Assembly: GCA_964528975.1 (NCBI GenBank)
Contig: CAZGVG010000002.1
Span: 1 to 59,389, forward strand
Direction: 5' to 3'
Length of the DNA stretch: 59,389 nucleotides
From: an uncultured Hyphomonas sp.
Lineage (GTDB): Bacteria; Pseudomonadota; Alphaproteobacteria; Caulobacterales; Hyphomonadaceae
Part shown: positions 26,955-37,030 of the stretch, in pieces
How positions within the stretch are numbered: the stretch's first letter is position 1
How the letters are laid out: the number at the start of each line of letters is the position of its first letter
Notes under the pieces: generated by a model
Told to the model about the DNA's origin: nothing
Seen by the model: the letters and a program-made list of their open reading frames with translations, nothing else
Database searches by the model: none
Made by a program: the position numbers and the translations under genes

Positions 26955-28528
26955 GCAGGTTCGGGCTCCGCGCTTTCAACAGGCATTTCGGTGAAGCCAA
27001 CCAAAGCGCGGGCATATGCATGAGCCGAGAAAGGCTGTAAGTCTTCTGCCTTCTCGCCAACGCCAACAAAGTGGATTGGGAGGGCGTGCGCTTCGGCAAT
27101 CGCGACCAGAACCCCACCTTTGGCTGTGCCATCCAGTTTCGTCATGACGAGGCCCGTGACGCCCGCAGTATGACGGAAGGCCTCAACTTGGCTGAGCGCG
27201 TTTTGACCAACTGTCGCATCCAGAACCAGGATCACATCATGCGGCGCCTCTGGGTCGAGCTTGCGGACGACCCGGACGACTTTGGCAAGCTCAGCCATAA
27301 GTTCAGCTTTGTTCTGGAGGCGCCCTGCCGTATCGACCAGCACAAGATCAAGGTCTTCAGCTTTGGCCTTCTCAATCGCCTCATAAACCAGTCCAGCAGC
27401 ATCGGCTCCCGGCTCTTTAGCGAGCACCGGGATGCCTGCGCGTTCGCCCCAGACTGTAAGCTGTTCAATCGCTGCGGCGCGGAATGTGTCACCCGCCACA
27501 AGTAGCGCTTTCGCGCCTTGTTCTTTCAGCTTTGAGGCAATCTTGCCAATCGTGGTGGTTTTTCCAGAGCCGTTGACGCCGACAAACAGAACCACGCGAG
27601 GCCGAGAGCCTTCGGAAAAGTCTACGATCTCCTCACGCGGGGCCATGATCGCTTCGATCTCATCGGCCAAAGCCAGTTTGATTTCATCGCCTGTAATGTC
27701 CTTGTCCATGCGGTTCTGGGCAAGATTTTGAACAATCTGGGCCGAAACTTTACCGCCCATATCCGAGGTCAGAAGGATGTCTTCCAGATCTTCAAGGGCC
27801 TCATCATCCAGCTTGCGCTTAGTGAAGAGGCTGGTGATGCTGTCGCCCATTTTAGAGGAAGACTTTGCAAGGCCTGTTGTGAGCTTGGTGAAAAAGCCGG
27901 GATCAACGACTTCGGCATAAGGGTCTGGCTCGCCGCGGGCGATCGCGGCCTGGCGTTCAGCTTCTTTGCGGGCACGTTCAGCGGCAAGCTCTTGACGCAG
28001 TTTCTCATCGGCGCGGCGCTGTTCCAACAAAGCCAGTTCAGCTTTGGCTTTTTCCTCAGTCGCACGGCGTTGTTCTTCGGCTTCTCTCGCGGCTTCAGCC
28101 TCCGCTGCGAGGCGGGCTTCCTCGGCCTCTGCGAGCTTGAAGGCTTCGGCGGCTGCGGCATCTTCTGCAGCTTTGCGCCCGGCTTCTTCAGCGCGCTGAC
28201 TTGCTTCACGGCGGGCGAGCTCAGCAAGCTCGGCTTGTTTTGCGAGGCGGGTTGCTTCGGCTTCAGCCTCTGCAGCTTCACGCTTTTGACGCTCTTCCCA
28301 AGCTGTATTGGCTTCGGCGACTTTGCGCTCAATCTCGGCTTGCTCTGCGGCCTTGCGAGCTGCCTGTTCCTCGTCTTGGGCTTCTTGAAGGGCAGCAAGG
28401 CGGGCGTCTTCTGCCTCTGCGGCTTTTTGGCTGGCCAGCTCGTCAGCTGATAGCTCAGGGGCCTCCATCTGGTCGCCAGCCTTTAGGGCTTCTTCTTTTT
28501 GCTTTTTCTTGCCAAACCACAGGATCAT
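26951..28528 (-). CDS. ftsY: Signal recognition particle receptor FtsY with long Ala/Glu-rich N-terminus
   Basis: GVNGSGKTTTIGK, DTFRAAA, DTAGRLQ, TKLDGTAKGG. Confidence 0.97.
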   Translation of the reverse strand: MILWFGKKKQKEEALKAGDQMEAPELSADELASQKAAEAEDARLAALQEAQDEEQAARKAAEQAEIERKVAEANTAWEERQKREAAEAEAEATRLAKQAELAELARREASQRAEEAGRKAAEDAAAAEAFKLAEAEEARLAAEAEAAREAEEQRRATEEKAKAELALLEQRRADEKLRQELAAERARKEAERQAAIARGEPDPYAEVVDPGFFTKLTTGLAKSSSKMGDSITSLFTKRKLDDEALEDLEDILLTSDMGGKVSAQIVQNLAQNRMDKDITGDEIKLALADEIEAIMAPREEIVDFSEGSRPRVVLFVGVNGSGKTTTIGKIASKLKEQGAKALLVAGDTFRAAAIEQLTVWGERAGIPVLAKEPGADAAGLVYEAIEKAKAEDLDLVLVDTAGRLQNKAELMAELAKVVRVVRKLDPEAPHDVILVLDATVGQNALSQVEAFRHTAGVTGLVMTKLDGTAKGGVLVAIAEAHALPIHFVGVGEKAEDLQPFSAHAYARALVGFTEMPVESAEPEPA

Positions 28529-29805
28529 GGGGCCACCGCTTTCAGTCTTTTCATATCATGCCCGACTATCCGCGCCCGGACGAGCCGTCCAGCCTCAGCA
28601 TTCTCAAAGCCGTCTAGTTGGACGGGGCTAAAGTCAGGCAATCGTCCGCTCTGGCCTTTTTCAACGAGGACAGAGGCTTCGTGTCCAACATGTTTGTCGA
28701 GATGCTGGATAAGCGCTTTTGCGCCAACCTCACGAAGGCGGGCCGCGCGCTCTTTGATAACCGCTTTTTCAAGCTGCGGCATACGTTCAGCTGGCGTACC
28801 GGGACGCGGGCTATAGGGAAATGCATGCAAGAAGGCGATATGACAGTCCTCAATGAGAGCAAGACTGTTTTGAAATGCGTCTTCGGTCTCGGTTGGGAAT
28901 CCCGCAATAATATCTGCCCCGAGTGCAATATCGTGGCGAATGGCGCGCAGTCGCTGGCTAAGCTCAATCGCATCATCGCGGTTATGACGACGTTTCATCC
29001 GCTTCAGTATCAGATTGTCACCATGCTGAAGGCTCAGGTGCATGAAGGGGGCAACACGCGGGTCGCCCATCGCTTCAAATAGAGCTTCGTCCATTTCAAT
29101 CGCATCAATCGAGCTGATTCGTAGTTGTGCCAGCTCCGGGACTAGTTTCAGGATGCGTTGCACCAGATTTCCAAGCTGCGGCCGTCCGGGCAGGTCACTG
29201 CCCCAGCTGGTCAGATCCACACCGGTGAGAACGATCTCATAGTGTCCGGTCTCCACGAGACGCCGGGCCATATTGACGACTTCACCCGCGGGTACGGATC
29301 GCGAGTTTCCACGGCCATACGGAATAATGCAGAATGTGCAGCGATGGTCACAGCCATTCTGCACCTGAATATAGGCGCGGGCGCGGCCCTCCATCCCGTC
29401 AATCAGGTGGCCAGCGGTTTCTTCAACGCTCATAATATCGTTGACGCGGATCTTCTCTGTCCCGCCGAGCAGATCGACAGGCACCCAGGTATCGGCTTGC
29501 ATTTTCTCGTGATTACCAATGACGCGGGTCACTTCAGGCATTTCGGCAAACATGTTTGCGTCGATCTGCGCCGCGCATCCTGTAACGATGACTGGGGCAT
29601 CCGGATTATCGCGGGCGGCCCGTCTTATCGTCTGGCGAGCGGTACGGACGGCCTCAGCTGTTACCGCGCACGTATTGACGATGATCGCGCCGTCCAGCCC
29701 AGCCTTTTCGGCATGCCCACGCATGACCTCACTCTCATAACTGTTGAGGCGACAGCCAAGCGTTATGACCTGCGAGGGCCGGGGGGGAGGTTTAGGATTG
29801 GACAT
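28525..29805 (-). CDS. mtaB: tRNA t6A methylthiotransferase MtaB
   Basis: TLGCRLNSYE, VNTCAVT, radical SAM CDHRCTFC; dapF-mtaB-ftsY synteny. Confidence 0.93.
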   Translation of the reverse strand: MSNPKPPPRPSQVITLGCRLNSYESEVMRGHAEKAGLDGAIIVNTCAVTAEAVRTARQTIRRAARDNPDAPVIVTGCAAQIDANMFAEMPEVTRVIGNHEKMQADTWVPVDLLGGTEKIRVNDIMSVEETAGHLIDGMEGRARAYIQVQNGCDHRCTFCIIPYGRGNSRSVPAGEVVNMARRLVETGHYEIVLTGVDLTSWGSDLPGRPQLGNLVQRILKLVPELAQLRISSIDAIEMDEALFEAMGDPRVAPFMHLSLQHGDNLILKRMKRRHNRDDAIELSQRLRAIRHDIALGADIIAGFPTETEDAFQNSLALIEDCHIAFLHAFPYSPRPGTPAERMPQLEKAVIKERAARLREVGAKALIQHLDKHVGHEASVLVEKGQSGRLPDFSPVQLDGFENAEAGRLVRARIVGHDMKRLKAVAP

Positions 29806-29852
29806 GGTCTGGCGCGTATATCGCGCTGGAATGGATGCGGGACAAGTAGAGT

Positions 29853-30662
29853 CTACACGTCCATTGTTTGCTCAAGTTCCACAGGCCCGGTCATGATGAC
29901 CCGATCGGTCGCTTCGTCCCAGTGGATGATCAGCTCACCGCCGTCCAAGATCAGCTTGGCTTTACGCTCTGTCTTGTTCGCTCTCGCGGCGCAGACAAGC
30001 GCGGCGCATGCCCCAGTGCCGCAGGCTTTGGTCAGGCCAGCGCCCCGCTCCCAGACCCGGAGGCGGATCGTTTCGCGGTCGAGGACTTGAGCGAAGCCAA
30101 CATTCACGCCCTCTGGGAAGGTTGGGTGCCATTCGACAAGCGGGCCAATTTTGGGAATGTCATAAGCATCAACATCTTCAATAAAGAAAACGGCATGCGG
30201 ATTACCCATACTGACCACAGCTGGACGCGAGAGGTAGGGGTTATCCATTGGGCCGATTTTGACATCAACGCCGCGCACATCCATTTTTTCAGACAGTGGA
30301 ATGTCTTCCCATCCTAATAAGGGCGAGCCCATGTCAACGCTCACCAGCCCCGCCTCGGCGCGCGAGCCTTTTAGGAGGTCGGCCTCGGTCTGGATGCGAA
30401 CCTGATCTTTTCCGGACTCTTCCAATAAGAGATGTGCAACGGCTCTCGTACCATTGCCGCAGGCTTTGACTTCGCCGCCATCAGCGTTCCAGATGCGCAG
30501 GAAGGCATCTGCTCGTAAGTCTTGTTCAATCGCCATAATCTGGTCGGCCTGCATAGTGGCGGCAATCTCTCGCAGCTGGTCTTGAGTGGGCGTAAAGCTA
30601 CGCCCACGGGCGTCAAAGACCGCAAATGCGTTTCCCGCACCATTCATTTTCCACAGTCTCAT
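29853..30662 (-). CDS. dapF: Diaminopimelate epimerase
   Basis: KMNGAGN, NADG.E..ACGNG, SMGNPH, RVWERGAG.TKACGTG. Confidence 0.96.
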   Translation of the reverse strand: MRLWKMNGAGNAFAVFDARGRSFTPTQDQLREIAATMQADQIMAIEQDLRADAFLRIWNADGGEVKACGNGTRAVAHLLLEESGKDQVRIQTEADLLKGSRAEAGLVSVDMGSPLLGWEDIPLSEKMDVRGVDVKIGPMDNPYLSRPAVVSMGNPHAVFFIEDVDAYDIPKIGPLVEWHPTFPEGVNVGFAQVLDRETIRLRVWERGAGLTKACGTGACAALVCAARANKTERKAKLILDGGELIIHWDEATDRVIMTGPVELEQTMDV

Positions 30663-30738
30663 AGCGTCCCTCAAATCATACAGATTTTAGCTGTATACAG
30701 CGTGTCACATAGTGAGTTTAGTTAATGTTTGAAAGGCT

Positions 30739-31146
30739 TTACTTGGGCAAGCGTGTCGCCGAAAGCCATGCGCCAGATTGGATGATTGCCGCGATAATAA
30801 GCAAGAGTTGAGCAATCCAATGCCCGATAATGAAAGCCAGAAGACCCGCTGCAATCGAGAACCAATGCAGGCGTGGGTCGCTCATCAAATAGCCAGGCAG
30901 GCGTTTCTTACTTTCAATCGTCGCAAGTGTGACATGGCCCCAGATACGGTTCATACCGGGCGGTCCGAACACATCTTGCAAGTCACGCGGATCGGTAACG
31001 CCAGACAGCTCGGCCAGTTCCCGCACACTGGTTTGGCCAAATCCAACTCGCTGGCGCAATTGCATGGTCTGGATCAGCCTGATCAAAGCTGAAATCATGA
31101 CCGCAAGCGCGGTTGAGACAAGGGGGAGGCCTGAGAGGAGGGTCAT
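30739..31146 (-). CDS. Hypothetical membrane protein
   Basis: 3 TM segments; fills the gap between mch and dapF on the same strand. Confidence 0.65.
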   Translation of the reverse strand: MTLLSGLPLVSTALAVMISALIRLIQTMQLRQRVGFGQTSVRELAELSGVTDPRDLQDVFGPPGMNRIWGHVTLATIESKKRLPGYLMSDPRLHWFSIAAGLLAFIIGHWIAQLLLIIAAIIQSGAWLSATRLPK

Positions 31147-31179
31147 GGATAAATATATAGGGGCTGTTTGCTCGCCCCG

Positions 31180-32226
31180 CTACGTTCTTGGGATCGCAGC
31201 CCAATAATCAAAGTCGAGACAGACACCCGGTGCATATTTGCCATCCTCGCCGCGTAAGGCGAAGTCGCCCGGGTCTTGATCCTTGACGACTACGAGGCGC
31301 AAGCGAAGTGCTCCAACAGTTTCGCTCAACTCGGCCTTATCGAGCACCTCGCTCCACGCATAGACCGTATCACCTGCAAAAAGTGGCCCTGTATGAGTAC
31401 CACCATTGATTGCCAGAGTTTCAGCGGCATTCGCAAGGCCGTTAAAGGATAGAGCCCTCGCGATTGATATGACCACACCGCCATAGATCAGACGCTTGCC
31501 GAAACGGCTGTCTTTCTGGCCGTGTCCATCAAAGTGCACTTTTGCCGTATTTTGATAAAGCCGCGTGGCGATCTGATGCTCTGCTTCTTCAACCGTCATC
31601 CCATCAACGTGATTGATTTTCTCGCCGATCTCATAGTCTTCGAAGCGGTGGGTTCCACCTGCGAGCGTGTCGTCCCAGTTTTTGTAGGACCAGGAGATGT
31701 TTATTGAAGCCGGATCAACGGCTTTCGGTAGCTCAGGAATAACCGTTTCAGGGGCTGGGGCATCCATGTTGCCTTTATTGACCATGACCCAGCGGACATA
31801 GGATAGAACTTCCTCATCCTTTTGGTTGTAGCCCTTGGTGTGAACATAAACGACGCCTGTCTTGCCATTGGAGTTCTGTTTGACACCAATGACTTCGCTC
31901 ACGGCGCGCAATGTATCACCTGGGTAAACCCCTATCGGAAATCGCCCATCGGCATAGCCAAGATTGGCAACGGCATTGAGTGAGATGTCAGGTACGGTTT
32001 TTCCAAATACGATATGGAAGGCCAAGAGCGGGTCGACCGGCATCCGATCGAACCCATTCGCCGTGGCAAATGTTTCAGCGCTATAAATGGCGAAGCGGCT
32101 TCCAGTCAGCGCCCGGTATAGACTTATGTCGCCAGCGCTAACTGTCAGCGGGGTTGCGTGGTCAAGCGTCATTCCGACGAAGAAATCTTCGAAGAAATAG
32201 CCCGTAAAGGATTTTGATGAGGTCAT
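31180..32226 (-). CDS. mch: Double-MaoC hydratase, probable mesaconyl-CoA hydratase
   Basis: FFEDF, FGKTVPDISLNAVANLGY, EHQIATRLYQNTAKVHFD, ARALSFNGL; ccr and ecm in the same window. Confidence 0.88.
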   Translation of the reverse strand: MTSSKSFTGYFFEDFFVGMTLDHATPLTVSAGDISLYRALTGSRFAIYSAETFATANGFDRMPVDPLLAFHIVFGKTVPDISLNAVANLGYADGRFPIGVYPGDTLRAVSEVIGVKQNSNGKTGVVYVHTKGYNQKDEEVLSYVRWVMVNKGNMDAPAPETVIPELPKAVDPASINISWSYKNWDDTLAGGTHRFEDYEIGEKINHVDGMTVEEAEHQIATRLYQNTAKVHFDGHGQKDSRFGKRLIYGGVVISIARALSFNGLANAAETLAINGGTHTGPLFAGDTVYAWSEVLDKAELSETVGALRLRLVVVKDQDPGDFALRGEDGKYAPGVCLDFDYWAAIPRT

Positions 32227-32283
32227 GGCCGTCAAGAAATGCTGAGGCGCACTAAAGTCAAGATTTTTAGATGTGGAAAGCGC

Positions 32284-32577
32284 CTAAACGACCCCGAAAC
32301 TCATTGAGAAAATATCCAAAACGACCATTGTTACGGCTTCGCCGCCTTGGCTGAGTATCGTGCCGAACTGAGGGGCCACAACGATGAACGCCATGGCTGA
32401 AGCCATAAACCCGCCTACGAAACGTGTCTCAGGCTGTTTCATCATAACGGGTAGAACACGCGGGCCAAAAAAGACAAGTTGCGGCCCATAGATGCAAGCA
32501 ATTGCAAGCACGAGTAGAGCAAAAGCCGTTATCTGAAATGCGAGCATGGAACACCTGATCGTTTGAGCAAGTTCCAT
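32284..32577 (-). CDS. Small hypothetical membrane protein
   Basis: 97 aa with 2-3 hydrophobic segments. Confidence 0.5.
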   Translation of the reverse strand: MELAQTIRCSMLAFQITAFALLVLAIACIYGPQLVFFGPRVLPVMMKQPETRFVGGFMASAMAFIVVAPQFGTILSQGGEAVTMVVLDIFSMSFGVV

Positions 32578-32630
32578 ACTCGCAAATTAGTCTTGAAATG
32601 CTGTTTGCCAGATCAATGAAATTTGATCGA

Positions 32631-32978
32631 TTATGCGATTTCCAGCAGCTTCGCATTTGGCCGCCCGAGAACAGCCTTGTTGCCATTCACGCCAATCGGG
32701 CGTTGAATGAGCTTTGGGTTCTCTGCCATCGCAGCAAAGACCTCCTCATCGCTGGCGGTTTCAGCAAGTTCGAACTTGATGGCGTCTTTTTCGCGTAGGA
32801 ACACACGAGGTGAAACACCGCCCATTTTGGTTGCGATCTCTTTGAGCTCTTCGACAGAAAGTCGTTCCGAGGCATTCATGTATTTGCGAATATCCGGCTC
32901 GATGCCATGCTCTTGAAGAAGTGCGAGGCCTTTCTTGGAACTGCCGCAACCGGTATGATGAATGAGCGTATATGTCAT
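32631..32978 (-). CDS. ArsC/Spx/YffB family thioredoxin-fold protein
   Basis: HHTGCGSSKK, ENPKLIQRPI, LGRP; AGGAG RBS. Confidence 0.85.
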   Translation of the reverse strand: MTYTLIHHTGCGSSKKGLALLQEHGIEPDIRKYMNASERLSVEELKEIATKMGGVSPRVFLREKDAIKFELAETASDEEVFAAMAENPKLIQRPIGVNGNKAVLGRPNAKLLEIA

Positions 32979-33077
32979 GATGATCTCCTGTTCGGGCAGA
33001 GATAGGGGCACGAGCACTTTTGGAAACCCTAGATTGTAAATCATTGGCCTTCTGACTTGATCAGGGTATTGGTAAGC

Positions 33078-34244
33078 ATGACCAGACACGATCCCCACCC
33101 CACGCTGACCTCTGCGAAGGCGCTTCAATCCGAGTTACGCGCTCGCGCGGCAGAAATGGAGGAGGTCAGGCGTCTCCCAGCTGACCTTGCCACGAAACTT
33201 GCCGAAGGCGGGCTTTTTCGGATGGTGACACCCGCTGCTTTTGGCGGCCTTGAATGTACACCTCGGGAGATTGTTGACGCGGTTGAGGCTGTTGCTGAAG
33301 CGAATGCGAGTGCCGGCTGGTGCGTTATGATCGGGGCCACGACAGCGATGAACGCGGCCTATATGGATAGCGAAACTGCAGGTGACGTCTACAATGACCC
33401 AATGACGATTACAGGCGGCGTATTCGCGCCTATGGGCAAAGCGATTGTTGACGGAGACGACTACATTGTCAGTGGTCGATGGCAATGGGGATCGGGCTCA
33501 GCCAATTGCACATGGCTCTGCGGCGGCGCAATCCTGATTGAAGACGGTGAGATGAGGCGCCTGCCGAGCGGCCGTCCAGATGCCAGAATGATGATTTTTC
33601 CAGCCGATGAAGCTGAGTTGCTGGACACATGGCATGTCATGGGCCTGAAAGGCACAGGCTCCGGGGATATTGCCGTTGAGAATATTCGCGTCCCAAAGGC
33701 GCGCTCTGTTAGCCTCGTGACGGACAAGCCAAAGGTTTCCGGCGCTTTGTATAAGTTCCCAGCGTTTGGTCTGTTAAGTTTAGGGGTTGCAGCAACGGCA
33801 ATGGGAAATGCCAAAGGCGCTCTAGAGAGCTTCATTGCCCTTGGAAAAGCGAAGAAAAATCAAGGGTCAGGAAAGACACTTGGTGAACGCGCGGTTATCC
33901 AATCCGAGACTGCTAGGCTGATGGCGGCGTTTCGCTCGGCGCGCGCCTATTTGCACGATGAGATTGAACAGACTTGGGATGTGGCTCAGACGAGTGATGA
34001 TATTCCAGTCGAGCGCCGGGCAGCTTTGCGGATGGCATGCACGCATATGGTCCGCACAGGGGCCGAGATTACGAGAACTTGCTACGATCTGGGCGGTGGT
34101 GCAGCTCTATTTGAAGCAAACGATCTACAACGCCGCTTCCGTGACGCGCACGCCATGACCCAACATATTGTGACAGCGCCAGCAACATGGGAGTTAACAG
34201 GCCGTTTGCTGTTCGACCTGCCAACCGATGCGAGTATGGTTTAA
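33078..34244 (+). CDS. Acyl-CoA dehydrogenase-fold flavin-dependent monooxygenase (HsaA/DszC-like oxygenase component)
   Basis: GRWQWGSG, DTWHVMGLKGTGS, LQRRFRDAHAMTQH. Confidence 0.85.
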   Translation: MTRHDPHPTLTSAKALQSELRARAAEMEEVRRLPADLATKLAEGGLFRMVTPAAFGGLECTPREIVDAVEAVAEANASAGWCVMIGATTAMNAAYMDSETAGDVYNDPMTITGGVFAPMGKAIVDGDDYIVSGRWQWGSGSANCTWLCGGAILIEDGEMRRLPSGRPDARMMIFPADEAELLDTWHVMGLKGTGSGDIAVENIRVPKARSVSLVTDKPKVSGALYKFPAFGLLSLGVAATAMGNAKGALESFIALGKAKKNQGSGKTLGERAVIQSETARLMAAFRSARAYLHDEIEQTWDVAQTSDDIPVERRAALRMACTHMVRTGAEITRTCYDLGGGAALFEANDLQRRFRDAHAMTQHIVTAPATWELTGRLLFDLPTDASMV

Positions 34245-34247
34245 GCC

Positions 34248-34910
34248 CTAGTCGGCCTCTGCAACAGCCGCATCATCAATCCCACGTGAGAGCGTTTTCA
34301 TAACGCCGTCCTCTTCAGTAGGCTTTTTGCGTGCAGGTGCGCGGCGACGCTTCGGCTTTTCGCTTGCGCCGTCTGCGACAGCTTCAACATGCTCAGGTTG
34401 ATCGTCATCTATGACCTTTAGAGCGTCATTTTCTTTAGGCTCGCGAGGTTTGCGGCGGCTACGACGAGGCTTGTCTTCCGCTTCCTCATCTGATGAAGTT
34501 TCAACAACTTCCTGAGCTTCGTTTTCTTCGCTGATATGGTCTTCTTCACCGCCCTCTGCGCGGCGAGCCGCACGTTCGGCTTCGCGCTCTGCATCACGTT
34601 GAGCACGTTCTTCAGCGCGGGCAGCATCTTTAGCTTCGCGCTCAAGGCGCTGTTCTTCTTTTTGTTTCTCAAACACAGCAACAATCCGGGCATAATGCTC
34701 AGCATGCTGGAACAGGGCTTCCGCCTTTACGCGATCACCTGAGGTTTGAGCGTCACGAGCATACTGCATATATTTGTCGAGGATTTGCTGGGCCGACCCG
34801 CGAATGCGGACATCAGGCCCATTACTCTCGAAATGCTTGTTCGGGTTGGAATTATTATTGTTATTATTATTTCCGCCCGAACGACGGCGGCGCTTGCGCT
34901 GCATTGCCAT
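34248..34910 (-). CDS. DUF4167 domain protein with disordered charged tail
   Basis: FESNGPDVRIRGSAQQILDKY...ARDA..SGDRV.AE...QHAEHY; usual position after prmC. Confidence 0.9.
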   Translation of the reverse strand: MAMQRKRRRRSGGNNNNNNNSNPNKHFESNGPDVRIRGSAQQILDKYMQYARDAQTSGDRVKAEALFQHAEHYARIVAVFEKQKEEQRLEREAKDAARAEERAQRDAEREAERAARRAEGGEEDHISEENEAQEVVETSSDEEAEDKPRRSRRKPREPKENDALKVIDDDQPEHVEAVADGASEKPKRRRAPARKKPTEEDGVMKTLSRGIDDAAVAEAD

Positions 34911-35079
34911 TGGCAATCTTCCTGATCTTCAAGGTCCGGTTTCCGGACGGTTCAAGCGCGATCATAACTCTCGTTGCTTACAGACTGTCGCGCTAACATT
35001 AAGCCGGACATGGAGCCCCCGTGTCACTGGCTTAAGACTTAGGTAGCGCGGCGGAAGGGATTCGCCAAGAGGGAATATG

Positions 35080-35934
35080 CTATGTTTTTTGCGCCGCGAT
35101 TGCGCGGTCATGGCCGCCCAAGTCTTTGCAGTGCTCTATTTCGGCAAAACCCGCCGCTAGAAGCAGGCTTGTAACGGCCTCGCGCTGATCATACCCAATT
35201 TCCAGAACGAGATACGCACCGACTTTCATATGCATTGCCCCGAGTGAGATAATCTCGCGATAAGCGGCAAGTCCATCAGGCCCGCCATCCAAGGCGTCCA
35301 TCGGGTCGTGATCTCGCACTTCCGGTGCAAGTGTTGGGATAACATCGCTTCGGATATAAGGGGGATTAGAGATAATTAGGTCGTACTCTTTCCAGCCGCC
35401 CCAATTGGTCCATGAGCCCTGAAAGACTGATGCGCGGTCCTCAAGATCAAGCGTCTTTATGTTCTCTGAAGCCAGACTGGCCGCCTTCAGGTTGGCTTCG
35501 ACAGCTGTCCCGGTGGCCAGAGGACGCTGTGATAATAAGGCAAGCAGGAGCGCGCCTGTGCCTGTGCCTAGGTCAGCAATCTTTGTGGTTTGATCCCTGG
35601 GAATGCGCGAAAGCGCGACTTCAACGACAATTTCGCTATCTGGCCTCGGGATAAGCGCTCGATCATCTGACCTCAGGGTGAGGCCGAAGAAATCGGTTGA
35701 GCCGAGGATGTGTTGTAGCGGCTCTCCGCTTAGTCTTTGAACTACACCAGCTTGGAAGGCGTCGATGATAGCGACTGGAGCGATCTCAGGCTCATGCGTG
35801 ATGAGGTCAATCGCGGATAGGCCGGAGCAATGGAGCAATATGAGTTTCGCCTGAAATCCTGGGTCTTCAATTTGGTTTTGCGCAAGTCGTTCAGTGCCCT
35901 GCCTTAGCAAAGCGCCATAAGTGAACTCGTTCAC
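35080..35934 (-). CDS. prmC: Release factor glutamine methyltransferase
   Basis: [31 protein letters not shown]. Confidence 0.95.
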   Translation of the reverse strand: MNEFTYGALLRQGTERLAQNQIEDPGFQAKLILLHCSGLSAIDLITHEPEIAPVAIIDAFQAGVVQRLSGEPLQHILGSTDFFGLTLRSDDRALIPRPDSEIVVEVALSRIPRDQTTKIADLGTGTGALLLALLSQRPLATGTAVEANLKAASLASENIKTLDLEDRASVFQGSWTNWGGWKEYDLIISNPPYIRSDVIPTLAPEVRDHDPMDALDGGPDGLAAYREIISLGAMHMKVGAYLVLEIGYDQREAVTSLLLAAGFAEIEHCKDLGGHDRAIAAQKT

Positions 35935-37004
35935 TGGTCTTCCATAGCGGCCAGGCGGCGCGCCTGATCCTCAGCCATGAGGGCGGTGACAACGTCTTCA
36001 AGCTTGTCGCCAGCAATAATCTTGTCGAGCGAATACAGGGTTAGACCGATACGGTGATCGGTGCAGCGGTTCTCCGGGTAATTATAAGTCCGGATTTTCT
36101 CTGACCGATCGCCTGAGCCAACTTGGCTGGCGCGGGCTTCAGCGCGTTCAGCATCGGCCGCCTGTTTCTCGCGTTCATAGAGCCGGATCTTGAGCTGCTG
36201 CATGGCTTTGTCGCGGTTCACGTGCTGAGATTTTTCCGATGACGTCGCCATGATCCCAGTGGGCAAGTGTGTAATACGCACAGCAGAGTCAGTGGTATTA
36301 ACGTGCTGACCGCCTGAGCCAGACGCGCGCATCGTGTCGATTCGAATATCTTCGGTTCGAATTTCAATCTCGACATTTTCCGGGGCTGGCAGAACCGCAA
36401 CTGAAGCTGCGGAAGTGTGTATGCGGCCCTGCGTTTCAGTTGCGGGTACGCGCTGGACGCGGTGCACCCCGGATTCCCATTTCAATCGCCCGAAGACGCC
36501 GTCGCCTTCGACATTTGCGATGATCTCCTTGAAGCCACCTGCATCGCCCTCTGATGCGCTTTGCAAGTCAATCTTCCAGCCCTGAAGCTGTGCGTAGCGC
36601 GTGTACATCCTGAACAAGTCACCTGCAAAGATCGCGGCTTCGTCACCGCCGGTGCCAGCTCTGACTTCCAGAACAATATTGGCTTTGTCGTCTGAATCTT
36701 TTGGCAGCAGGAGAAGCTGCATCGCCTCTTCGGCACCGGGGATGCGGTCCCTCAGATCATTGGCCTCTTCCTGCGCCAGTTCAGCCATTTCCGGGTCATC
36801 GCCTTTGGCCAAGGCTTCTGCTTCAGACAGGCCCTCACGCATCGAGATCAGCTCTCGCGCAGCTTCGACGACAGGCCGTAATTCAGCATGTTCGCGGGAC
36901 AGAGCGACAATCTCGTCGCCATCTGTCGTTGCGCCCATACGGGCCTCAACTTCTTCAAAGCGTTCAATGACTTGTTCGAGACGGGATTGAGGTATTGTGG
37001 CCAT
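35931..37004 (-). CDS. prfA: Peptide chain release factor 1
   Basis: [19 protein letters not shown] (PxT), [22 protein letters not shown]. Confidence 0.98.
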   Translation of the reverse strand: MATIPQSRLEQVIERFEEVEARMGATTDGDEIVALSREHAELRPVVEAARELISMREGLSEAEALAKGDDPEMAELAQEEANDLRDRIPGAEEAMQLLLLPKDSDDKANIVLEVRAGTGGDEAAIFAGDLFRMYTRYAQLQGWKIDLQSASEGDAGGFKEIIANVEGDGVFGRLKWESGVHRVQRVPATETQGRIHTSAASVAVLPAPENVEIEIRTEDIRIDTMRASGSGGQHVNTTDSAVRITHLPTGIMATSSEKSQHVNRDKAMQQLKIRLYEREKQAADAERAEARASQVGSGDRSEKIRTYNYPENRCTDHRIGLTLYSLDKIIAGDKLEDVVTALMAEDQARRLAAMEDQ

Positions 37005-37030
37005 ACCCCGCCTCTAAACCGGAACGCGCC

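Noticed and set aside
26150-26960. 6S RNA next to ygfA
   Set aside because: ygfA overlaps ftsY, leaving no upstream space; the downstream spacer lacks the long rod with central bubble.
27728-28450. 240-aa Phe/Gly/Leu-rich plus-strand ORF
   Set aside because: Antisense shadow of the low-complexity FtsY N-terminus.
29158-30090. 310-aa plus-strand ORF
   Set aside because: Antisense to mtaB and dapF with no recognisable motifs.
32631-32978. Arsenic resistance operon
   Set aside because: No arsR, arsB or acr3 nearby; a lone ArsC/YffB-family gene is common.
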